From Schizochytrium sp. TIO01 (Eukaryota > Protista > Bigyra: Labyrinthulomycetes), in assembly GCA_004764695.1 (NCBI GenBank), contig SMSO01000037.1, positions 1,836,747 through 1,900,746 of the forward strand: DNA of 64,000 bases, written 5' to 3'. Below are positions 47,357 to 56,009 of this stretch, one piece after another; position 1 is the stretch's first letter, and every line of letters begins with the position of its first letter. A program made the position numbers and the translations under genes. The notes under the pieces were generated by a model. That model did not search any database. It was given only the letters and a program-made list of their open reading frames with translations, and was not told the DNA's origin.

Positions 47357-48635
47357 CCTTGTCCGTACCAGAAAGGTTAGGGTATATCCTACTAAAGATC
47401 AACGTACACAGTTGCTTAAATGGTTTGGTGTCACTAGAAGAGCCTACAATATTGGCGTTGCGTTTCACCGAGACATGGCGAAGGGCGAGAAAGAAGCCAT
47501 CAGATTGCATCAAGAAGCGTGCATCAAAAAGGATCGTAAGACGAAGCAGGTTTTGGTAGATGAAGATGGGAATCCAAAAACACATGGGGCACTTGGTGGA
47601 GAACTGAAGGCCGTCCGATATAAAGAAAAGAATGCTGCTCCTAAATGGGTTCTCGAGGTCCCACAGGCTATCCGTGATTCCGGGATTCTGGATTTCTTCA
47701 AGGCTATTAACTCGGGACGAGCCAAAAACGAAGAACTCGCTGTACAAAAGAAAGTCCATGAGCAATCTTTTTATAAGTTTCGGACCAAGCGTGATGAATC
47801 ACAGATTTTCGAAGTGAATGCACGTACCTGGAATTTGAAGAAATCAAAGACCTCCAACTTTCTAAAAGAATTCCGAACACGTAAAGAAGAGTTCCCCGAC
47901 CAGATTTCGAACGCCATGCGTGTGCAAATGAATCGCCTTGGGCATGTCTACTTCTGCTTCTTACGAGAAGAAAAAAAGCGTCCAATGGACCAGGCACCCA
48001 AGGCGCACCATGGTGTCATTGCTCTAGACCCGGGTGTTCGCTCGTTTCAGACGATGTATGACGCCGATGGCCGCGCCATTGAATGGGGCACAGGGAAAGA
48101 TTTTAGAACCATATTCTATCTCTGTCGCCGCGTTGATAAGATCCAAAGCAGCATTGATAAAAAGAAAACTGCATCCAGTGATAAAGACAATTTCAACACC
48201 CCCTTGAAGCGCGCCTTCTATCGCGCCCAACTCAAGATCAAGAACAAGATCACTGAGATTCACCGCAAGCTCGCGCTTTGGCTTTGTGAAAATTATCGTG
48301 TTATTCTCCTGCCCAAATTCGAAACCTCTAAGATGAGCAGGAGGATGGAGCGACGGATCTCCAAGAAGTCTATTCGAATGATGTGTCGTTGGTCCCATTT
48401 TGGGTTCCGCCAGGCTCTCATTCATAAGGCTGAGATGTTCCCGTGGTGCAAGCTTGTTCTTTGCCAAGAAAGTTACACTTCCAAAACATGCAATGAGTGT
48501 GGTACCCTCCACCATAACCTCGGGGCATCCAAGATTTTCCAATGCCCTAATCCCAAGTGCAACCATGTAGCAGACCGTGATGTCCATGCCGCAAGAGGCA
48601 TCCTTTTACGCTACCTATCCAAGGACATGATTTAA
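46830..48635 (+). CDS. tnpB: Fanzor2 / IS607 TnpB-like RNA-guided endonuclease (reading frame open from TTG 46692; first ATG 46830)
   Basis: OrfB HTH (RKVRVYPTKDQRTQLLKWFGVTRRAYN), RuvC-I VIALDPGVRSF (Asp codon 48027), Pro at the canonical RuvC-II site (ILLPKF, 48312), relocated Glu in CQESYTSKTC (48468), Zn ribbon CNEC...CPNPKC and RuvC-III DRDVHAARGI (48579). Confidence 0.93.
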   Translation: MSATMLSASLIAVPPAASNAALDVPLSTPECPQSSKRRTSNARLAISSAPTQMLPPSTKTSVAGSISNAKVCAPYWTPVTAAESAKLWSCTATNLRESQSTSWNTFSKDKMSNSWYTAKMHMPETQTPSPKTSSESSPSLWHRITENEQRKIDGDDAARKKRARTKARKTIKKEYNLVRTRKVRVYPTKDQRTQLLKWFGVTRRAYNIGVAFHRDMAKGEKEAIRLHQEACIKKDRKTKQVLVDEDGNPKTHGALGGELKAVRYKEKNAAPKWVLEVPQAIRDSGILDFFKAINSGRAKNEELAVQKKVHEQSFYKFRTKRDESQIFEVNARTWNLKKSKTSNFLKEFRTRKEEFPDQISNAMRVQMNRLGHVYFCFLREEKKRPMDQAPKAHHGVIALDPGVRSFQTMYDADGRAIEWGTGKDFRTIFYLCRRVDKIQSSIDKKKTASSDKDNFNTPLKRAFYRAQLKIKNKITEIHRKLALWLCENYRVILLPKFETSKMSRRMERRISKKSIRMMCRWSHFGFRQALIHKAEMFPWCKLVLCQESYTSKTCNECGTLHHNLGASKIFQCPNPKCNHVADRDVHAARGILLRYLSKDMI

Positions 48636-48763
48636 AAAAAATCATTTCATTGAGTCGCGGGTTAGTCTAACTAATCCGCGATCGGGTCTTAGACCTACTA
48701 TGAAATGCAAGTTTTGCAAATTTTGTAGTTTAAAATCTAAGAGAACTGTAGAAGAGGAATTTG
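48636..48763 (+). ncRNA. Putative Fanzor omegaRNA (scaffold ~48636-48743 plus flanking guide ~48744-48763)
   Basis: CATTTCAT 48643-50 pairs with ATGAAATG 48700-07 and encloses an 11-bp hairpin 48655-81 and hairpin 48684-96. TCTTAGA 48687-93 is complementary to TCTAAGA 48736-42. Lies directly 3' of the nuclease stop. Confidence 0.75.
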
Positions 48764-49783
48764 CATCGGGTTTGCGACAAAAGGTTCGGACTGAGTGCTA
48801 TGGGTAGCTCGAAAAGGGTGTTGTGAACGATCTTCACGAAGATGGCAAAGAGGGCGCAGAGGGATCGATTTGGAAGCGGATTACTGCCAACCCCTTCTAA
48901 AACAACATCGAATTGAACCCTGGCAAGTGGCTGTGGCTTCTTCGCCATCGTTTCCGGTGATTTATAAAATGTCGTAAACCTGCACAGGCAGCTCCAGCTC
49001 CTCAAGTTGCAAGTTGCGCACCAATTCCAACCTCGACTTGATGATCGCTCTGCAAAACGTGAACTTCAAAGCCCGGGATAAAGGACCTGAAAGCCGCTCC
49101 GAGTCTCAATACGAAGGCTCCGGCACCGCTAGTATGACAGGCTCAGCCAGGCTCAGTTCTGGACTGTGGCGCTCCGCAGCGCGTGTTTCTTGGCTCGTCA
49201 AGTTCGTTCACATGTAGACGAATAAATCCCAGAGTGCTGGCGGTCGAGACCTCGAGCAGCTTGAAGCAAGCGACTTGCTCGCCAACCTTTTGAGATTGCG
49301 CCACAATTTGCGCATGGCATGAGCCAGCCGAATGCCAGCCGTCTCCGACAGGCTGAAGATCTGCGAACAGCATTGATTGAATTGATGGGAAAGTGCGCCG
49401 CGCTGTCTGAGCGATAGCAGTATCCAGAGTGTGCTGCTCTCTAAGGTGACATGCGCGACGGTATCCAGGTAGGAGTTCCAGGGCGACAGTAAGGTTTGGG
49501 CAGGAAATGGAGCGAAGACAGTCCGGCAGTGCGGGATATCCATACTGGCAATAGCAGCTCGAAGGGGAAACCCTATTAGAGAACTCGCCCGGAGAGGACG
49601 ACCTGGTTGCAGTTGAGTCGAGCGAGGTGCTTGAGCAAGCAAGCAAGCAAACACGGAACTTGCAAAGCGTGAGAAAGGGCGAATTGATAAAGGCAGCAGA
49701 AGAATTGGAACGCAGAGGGAAGATAGTAGAGGGGAGGTAACAAGGGGATTTGAGCAGAAGAAGCAAAAGCAGCAACAGCAATC

Positions 49784-51241
49784 ATGAGTGTCACCACGGC
49801 AGCCAGCGGAAGATTTAATATGACCATCGATGGAAAATCGCATGAAGGCTCGGACCAGCCGTTTACCGTGTACAACCCGTACGATGGCTCCGTTGTAGCC
49901 GAGGCCCCGACATGCTCTAAGGAAGACCTTGATCTGGCGGTTGAAGGTGCTCGTAAAGCGCTCCCTGCCTGGTCTGCCAAGACCTTCGAGGAGCGTAAGG
50001 AGGTTCTCCAAAAAATGTCGGCCATTCTAGACAAGAACAAGGAAAGCCTGTCGAAGCTCCTTGTACTCGAGCAGGGCAAAGGTCTTCCCCAGGCCGAGTT
50101 TGAAATTATGGCAAGCCAAATCTGGTTCCAAAGCGCATTTAAGATGGAAAATCCTAACAAGACCCTCAATGACTCTGAACAGGCAAAAGTTCAAAAGACT
50201 TATCGCCCTCTCGGTGTTGTGGGCTGCATTGTTCCTTGGAACTTTCCCTTGGTCCTCTTCCACTTCAAGGTGCCTCTTGCGCTGCTCGCAGGCTGCACGA
50301 TTGTCTTAAAACCGAGTGAAAACACCCCTCTGAGTACGTTGGAGCTGGCACGTCTTTACAATGAAGTTTTGCCTCCTGGTGTTCTCAATGTAGTAACCAG
50401 CGAGCAGCGTGATCTGGGCGAATGGATGGTCGCCCACCCTGGCATCGATAAGATTTCCTTCACAGGTAGCACATCTACCGGAAAGAAAATTCTTGAGAAT
50501 TCTGCCAAGCACCTCAAGCGTGTAACTCTTGAGCTCGGTGGTAATGATGCTGCGATTGTCCTCGAAGATGCGGACCCCAAATCTACTGCTGCAAGCCTCT
50601 TTCAATCTGCCTTCATCAACAGTGGTCAGGTTTGTGTAGCCGTCAAGAGAGTTTTTGTTCCAGAGTCAATTTTTGATGAAGTTGTCAATGGAATTGCAGA
50701 GCATGCTCGTAATGCACCCTTCGGCAATGGGCTAGAAGAAGGTATGTTCTTTGGACCAATCAACAATGGTATGCAATACGAACGTGTGCGAGAACTGCTC
50801 GTTGATGCCCTTGACAATGGTGCGGAGATGGTTGTTGGCGAAGTGCCTCCTCCGAGGGATGATACCAAGGGCTACATGTTCAAACCAGTCGTGTTGCGCA
50901 ATGTGAAAGAAGGCATGCGTATTGTAGATGAAGAGCAGTTTGGGCCTGTCCTTCCTGTTCTTTCCTACACAGACATTGAAGATGCTATCCATCGTGCTAA
51001 TGATACTGAATACGGTCTTGGCGCAAGCGTTTGGACCTCAAACGAGGATGAAGGCGAGAAGGTTGCCAGCAGACTCAATGCAGGTACCGTCTGGATTAAT
51101 ACTCACGCTGAAATGGATGGGACTGTTGGCTTTGGAGGCGCAAAATGTAGCGGCATCGGATGTGAAGGTGGTTCGGAAGGTCTACTTTCCTTTATGCAGC
51201 TTCATGTTCTTCACACAAAACGTGCTTCTCCTCAGCAATAA
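49784..51241 (+). CDS. NAD-dependent aldehyde dehydrogenase, paralogue 3
   Basis: PWNFP, KPSE, SFTGS, TLELGG, GQVC, EEQFGP. Confidence 0.97.
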   Translation: MSVTTAASGRFNMTIDGKSHEGSDQPFTVYNPYDGSVVAEAPTCSKEDLDLAVEGARKALPAWSAKTFEERKEVLQKMSAILDKNKESLSKLLVLEQGKGLPQAEFEIMASQIWFQSAFKMENPNKTLNDSEQAKVQKTYRPLGVVGCIVPWNFPLVLFHFKVPLALLAGCTIVLKPSENTPLSTLELARLYNEVLPPGVLNVVTSEQRDLGEWMVAHPGIDKISFTGSTSTGKKILENSAKHLKRVTLELGGNDAAIVLEDADPKSTAASLFQSAFINSGQVCVAVKRVFVPESIFDEVVNGIAEHARNAPFGNGLEEGMFFGPINNGMQYERVRELLVDALDNGAEMVVGEVPPPRDDTKGYMFKPVVLRNVKEGMRIVDEEQFGPVLPVLSYTDIEDAIHRANDTEYGLGASVWTSNEDEGEKVASRLNAGTVWINTHAEMDGTVGFGGAKCSGIGCEGGSEGLLSFMQLHVLHTKRASPQQ

Positions 51242-51626
51242 GACGAATATCGCAGGTCCTGGGCTAAGTTAAGTAAGAAAGGCACTACATGATTCAATTT
51301 TGCTGCATCATTCAGAACGATAAAAGTCTTACACAAGCTTATGTAGAAACTACATTCATGATGAAAGAGACATCAAGCCCTTTTTAAAATTAAGTAAACG
51401 TATTGATTATATTCAAACCATTGGATTTTGCAACTTGAAGTACATACAACAAAGGTTATCTCATTCTATTTTCACCTTGACATTCTATATGCAAGAAAGA
51501 GTTGGCCAAATGCAACAGACACTTGAATATGTCCCTGGAATTGGATTAATGATTTGACGTGCAAAGTGCACAAGCAAGAGTAATTTAGTGGGGAGCTTTA
51601 GAAGGTACACGTAATTCTATTTAAAT

Positions 51627-54083
51627 TTATTTATGAGAATTTTTGGTGGCAAGAATGGCTTTAATGAAATCGCATTTGGCAAGATCAGGAACATCCTCCG
51701 AGAGTACCTGAAGACTAATGCGTACTTCTTGCTTAGCAATATGTTCATTCTCATTCATGCCCAAGACAACTTCTGTCTGCAGGAGTTGGGCTCCTTCTCT
51801 GGTTTCGTCTGACTCTTCATCAAGTATGTAAAGTTTTCGCAACACCTCAGGCCACAATGGATGAGCAAATACATTCAGTCCGGCTGTAGAATTACAAAAG
51901 TCCAAGACTAGAGACACAAGAGGCTGCATTTGATCTGCACTGTTTTTGGCATCTCCAATAGCTCGAATTAGAGGTCCAGAGATTGTCTGAAACATTTCCT
52001 TCCACACAAACCTCACCTGATCCTCATCTTGAGCTTCCTCTGTCTGTAAAAATGATAGGAGTAAGTGGTGAACAACATCTGCTTCCCCAGACTCAAGGAC
52101 CTTGTTGAATGAATATCCGTCGTTGGAATTCATTAGTGAATTGAGAATTAGAGCTGGGTCCCAGGACCGCGCCACAGCTACATGTTCTTTGGCAGCTTGC
52201 GTGACTGAATTTGTGGAATTGATAAATACACCATATGACTCAGGTTCAACAGAACCCAACATCTCATGGCGCCCTTCAAAACTCATGTTTGCTGCGCAGC
52301 AAATAAACAGAGGGATAAGAGACTCTCTTTCATGAAGCAAAGGCGCAAGCATGCAACACAGAAATTTACATGCAGACTCTCCAAATGTCCCGTGCTCTTT
52401 CAAAGCTTCATGAAGCAATAAAGAATCATTCGCAGCAACTGCGAGCCTTGCGAGTTGAATACGTACTTCCCACCACGAATCAGAAGCTAGTGCTGCCGTT
52501 TGGTGCAACAGGTCGGGAGTTGCAATATCATCCACTGTGTCGACACGCTCCAAAATACCTGCCAGAATGGCAAGAGCACAAGCCCGAACACTTGGACTAC
52601 AATGCGATAAGTTTTCGACAGCGAGGTCAACGAGGAAATAACATACTGTATCACTTGAAGTGAACGAAAGGTCCCGCTCAGCAAGGTTCATAAAGGTAAC
52701 AACACATGACAAGAGAGTCTTTTGTTTGCGAATCCGCTTTTGCAGTGTACGGAGCGAGTCATACTGAGCGATCAAATCATGTGGTGGACAGTATGCTGCG
52801 TAAATCGCCATGGCGGTAGCCCTTTGTTGAGGCATTCCATTGTTCATGATCACCTCCAAAGCGGGAAGAATGCTATCGAAAAAGACCGCGCGAGCTGCAC
52901 AGGAGTCCTCATCTGCAAGCAAACCTCCAACATCAGCTAGAATCTGCCCAGCTACGCGATTGTCTCGGTAGATAAGTACTGTGGCAAGTCTAGGGGCAAT
53001 CTGAACCCATTGCTCAAGATGCTCAAGCACACATGCCATGAGAATTTCTGATTGTGCATGTAGAGAATCGACAAAGTGATTAAGTTCTTCATCAGACAAC
53101 ATTGGGTTTGCAACACTCCCTGGTACGAGGCAGTCAAGGTCTGCTAGCAAATTTGGGATGGAAAAACCGGACTTTGGCCCCAGGGTCGCAGCTACAGCTT
53201 CTTCAAGAACAGCCATGGGTGACCTGGAGGAAGAACTCGTGGCACCGGATTTGGATTCAGCAGTTGAGCCTTCCAGGGTCTTAGATTCGTCAATGAGTGC
53301 ATCATGTACTGCAACAGATCCTCCAGATCCTAGAGGTTCAATATGACTTTGGCGCTTAGCCGCCCGCAATGACATAATGTCAGACTCTACAGATCGAATG
53401 TTCACAGCACCTGCTTTTACCTGCACTTGACTAGCAACTTTGGCAAGGGGGCGGTTTTCTCCACGTAACAGCTTCGATGGGCCCTTTGATACAGAAGCGG
53501 TTGATCGACCACTAAGTGCAGGTGCTCTTGCAGAGCTATGGTCTGAACCGTCTGTAGGTCCCCTAGGTGAGGCACCTGACTTAGACATTGGAGAGGACAC
53601 CTTGCTTTCTTCCGTTCTTGAATCGCTTATTTCTGAAAATCTTTTGCTCTTGCGTTCGCGCTCACGGGCTCGATTCCGTAATGATGCTGCTGTCACGACA
53701 CTTGGAGCAGTGTCGGTACAAATTTCGCGTGCTGTCAGAAATGTATATGCTGCATTCACAAGCTGGACAGAAGCCCCTGGAGCGCTTACCATGACACTCT
53801 CGATTAGTTTTTCTTGATTATCGACTCTGAAGCCAACTTTGTCAAAAACTAATTCAAGTTGGTGCCAATTATCCTCGCGAGCTGCGACCCGAAGGCCATT
53901 ATCGTAGGAGTGCATGTTAATCAGTTTTGGAAAGTATCGCGAAAACATTTCAGCCACAAGAAATCCATTTGAAAAGTCCCTGCGCACATTTTTAACTGCA
54001 TAGGCTAGGTCAAGGCCTTGCAACCAACGCAAAACCTCTCGGCTCAGCTGCTGGGGAGAGCTTTTCGTTGCTACATGGCTCAT
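51627..54083 (-). CDS. Calponin-homology (CH_2, SPATA4/SPEF1-like) protein with long helical/HEAT-like C-terminal region; probably flagellar/microtubule associated
   Basis: LSREVLRWLQGLDL...VKNVRRDFSNGFLVAEMFSRYFP..I.MHSYDNG...DNWHQL at the N-terminus. HEAT-like segments (SPSVRACALAIL, SDSWWEVRIQL). Start moved to ATG 54083. Confidence 0.82.
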   Translation of the reverse strand: MSHVATKSSPQQLSREVLRWLQGLDLAYAVKNVRRDFSNGFLVAEMFSRYFPKLINMHSYDNGLRVAAREDNWHQLELVFDKVGFRVDNQEKLIESVMVSAPGASVQLVNAAYTFLTAREICTDTAPSVVTAASLRNRARERERKSKRFSEISDSRTEESKVSSPMSKSGASPRGPTDGSDHSSARAPALSGRSTASVSKGPSKLLRGENRPLAKVASQVQVKAGAVNIRSVESDIMSLRAAKRQSHIEPLGSGGSVAVHDALIDESKTLEGSTAESKSGATSSSSRSPMAVLEEAVAATLGPKSGFSIPNLLADLDCLVPGSVANPMLSDEELNHFVDSLHAQSEILMACVLEHLEQWVQIAPRLATVLIYRDNRVAGQILADVGGLLADEDSCAARAVFFDSILPALEVIMNNGMPQQRATAMAIYAAYCPPHDLIAQYDSLRTLQKRIRKQKTLLSCVVTFMNLAERDLSFTSSDTVCYFLVDLAVENLSHCSPSVRACALAILAGILERVDTVDDIATPDLLHQTAALASDSWWEVRIQLARLAVAANDSLLLHEALKEHGTFGESACKFLCCMLAPLLHERESLIPLFICCAANMSFEGRHEMLGSVEPESYGVFINSTNSVTQAAKEHVAVARSWDPALILNSLMNSNDGYSFNKVLESGEADVVHHLLLSFLQTEEAQDEDQVRFVWKEMFQTISGPLIRAIGDAKNSADQMQPLVSLVLDFCNSTAGLNVFAHPLWPEVLRKLYILDEESDETREGAQLLQTEVVLGMNENEHIAKQEVRISLQVLSEDVPDLAKCDFIKAILATKNSHK

Positions 54084-55215
54084 TTTATTACAGTTGTATG
54101 TAAAGCGGGCTCGCACTATAACCGCAGAATTTAAATTGCACGCGCCTAAATTTTCGTCAGTGAGCTGCCTCAAGAGCTACCCCGCGAACCTCGATTTTAC
54201 GAAAATCCGCCACTACTCCTCAATTAGCACAGGTTTGGAGTTCACAAATATGCTGCTCTTCCCTCTTCTCTTCTAGAGCTTCCCAAACCGTCACCTTGAG
54301 GTGAGGCAAGCTCTCATACAGTTTGCCACACAAGTATATACATATACATGAATCGTTGCCCTCGCGCGTCAATGGTGTCGCCAAGCCTATTCCCCAAACC
54401 CAAACAAGCACCTACTCGCGAACTTTGCCACGCTAGACTTGTGCAATTTGCACAGGTGTGCATCATCAACGGTCCTTATAAATTCGGCGCAAATTAGCGC
54501 CGCAGTCTCGTGCACCCCTCTTTCCGCCTAAAGTTTCATCACTACCATGGTACCTAGCGCTTTGACTAGGCATTTTGTCTAGCCTTTTTTTTCTTTTCAA
54601 AGCCTAAATCGAAAATAAATGTGATTGCTTCGCTCAACTCCCACGCACAATTCATTAATCACTCAGCTTCAGTCAATGTAGGTATCTCTCTCTCCTTCTT
54701 TCTACTCTCTCCTTCGGCTTTATCTCCTTTACGAAGGTATGTGCAATCAACCTACTATGGAATTGATCATGTGCTCTCTGCACCTTAGAGAAAGAAAGTG
54801 TGGCACTAACTAAGTTTTGTAGAACAGAGAAAACGAAAGCAAACACCCTCCAAAAGCAAACGACAGCAATCAATGACGGGCATCATACCTCCATCAACAC
54901 AGCCAACGCTGCACACATTGCGCTCCTCACTTGTGAGAGGTGACTCGTGCACACCATGTCCGCTTAGCGCTGCCGAGGAAACGAAAGCAATCCAATTTGT
55001 GTGCTTCGAAATGGGTGTTTGGTCTCCGTTGTTCATTTCTCTCTCAATGTGCATTTGCCAAAGAGAACACACATTGGCATGGATCAAAAACCACGTCACC
55101 ATTTCTCTTCACCCAAATACTCCCCCGGTGTACCTCAATAGTTGCAAGAAATGTCTCAAAATAGAAGTCGATGATAGGGGAATATGGGACAGGCATGGGG
55201 GCACAGGGGACGTTT

Positions 55216-55372
55216 CCATGTGAAAGAAGATTTCGGGCTCTGGCGCAATCCCTGATCTCCAAGCCATCGCAGGGCTACAGAGACTGTTCGACCTGCCCCA
55301 CGAGCGCCTCTAATCGCTCGAAAGGCTCTGTGACTCCTGCGACCCGCGCAGAGACGGGCACAGAGACTTGGA
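55216..55372 (-). ncRNA. Candidate structured ncRNA with H/ACA-like boxes
   Basis: Nested minus-strand helices with G-U pairs, followed by AGATCA (ANANNA), a short hairpin and ACA. TTTATAAA lies upstream at 55447-54. No family recognised. Confidence 0.35.
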
Positions 55373-56009
55373 TAGTGCCTGAAGCACGAGAAAGGAGGGA
55401 AGAAGCACTTTTCAGGTAGTAGGTACCTGCTACGGTAAGAGGGGAATTTATAAATGCAAAGAGAGTAAAAAGAGAAAACCAGAAAAGAGAAAAAGCTACA
55501 GAGCCAATCCTCAAACGCAGCGCATCCCTCCCCGGCGGCGCGAACTCCGGAGCGTACGGGACCAGACCACACGCAGCGACCGAAAGTACCTCCACAGAGG
55601 CACCCGCTGCAAGGAAAGCGCAAGGCAGAACGCCGCTGCGACCAGCTCATCGACGAGGTAGTGTGCACGGAGTCCAACGCTCCGTCATCTATCTATATCT
55701 AGTCGCGTGAAACACCACAGCCTTCTTGCGTGCTAAACTTTCGCGAAAACCCGCACCCGCTGCACTCAAACTGTCATTTCCAACAGAAAAAGACTCTGCC
55801 TGTGGATTGGACTCAACTGCAGTTGATCAACGTTCCTGGAGTTGTGATATTTGCGTAGTGCAATTTAGATTAGCGGATCAATCATCAAATATTGCTTGTG
55901 CAGCAAATCTTGACAAACAAAGCGGCAATTGAAACAGCCACGACAACAACAACAACAACAACAACTCGTCCAGAAAATCTTGACCCCGTAGCTTCTAAAT
56001 ATCACTACG

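Larger units (their letters stand above)
46531..48743 (+). mobile_element. IS607-family-derived eukaryotic transposon carrying TnpA (serine recombinase) and Fanzor2; boundaries approximate
   Basis: Overlapping tnpA and tnpB-like ORFs with a structured 3' non-coding end. No terminal inverted repeats or target-site duplication seen. Left boundary is a hypothesis. Confidence 0.85.

Noticed and set aside
55120-55217. GGAAACGTCCCC ... ACACCGGGGG on the minus strand resembling RNase MRP P4 halves
   Set aside because: Imperfect consensus and spacing too short for an MRP core.
55248-55275. CCTGATC...GCCA.CGCAGGG resembling the 3' half of a TPP riboswitch
   Set aside because: P5 cannot pair and the CUGAGA 5' half is missing.
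55410-55424. Minus-strand CTACTACCTG resembling the U1 snRNA 5' end
   Set aside because: One base short of AUACUUACCUG, no U1-70K loop, and the same motif recurs throughout intergenic DNA.
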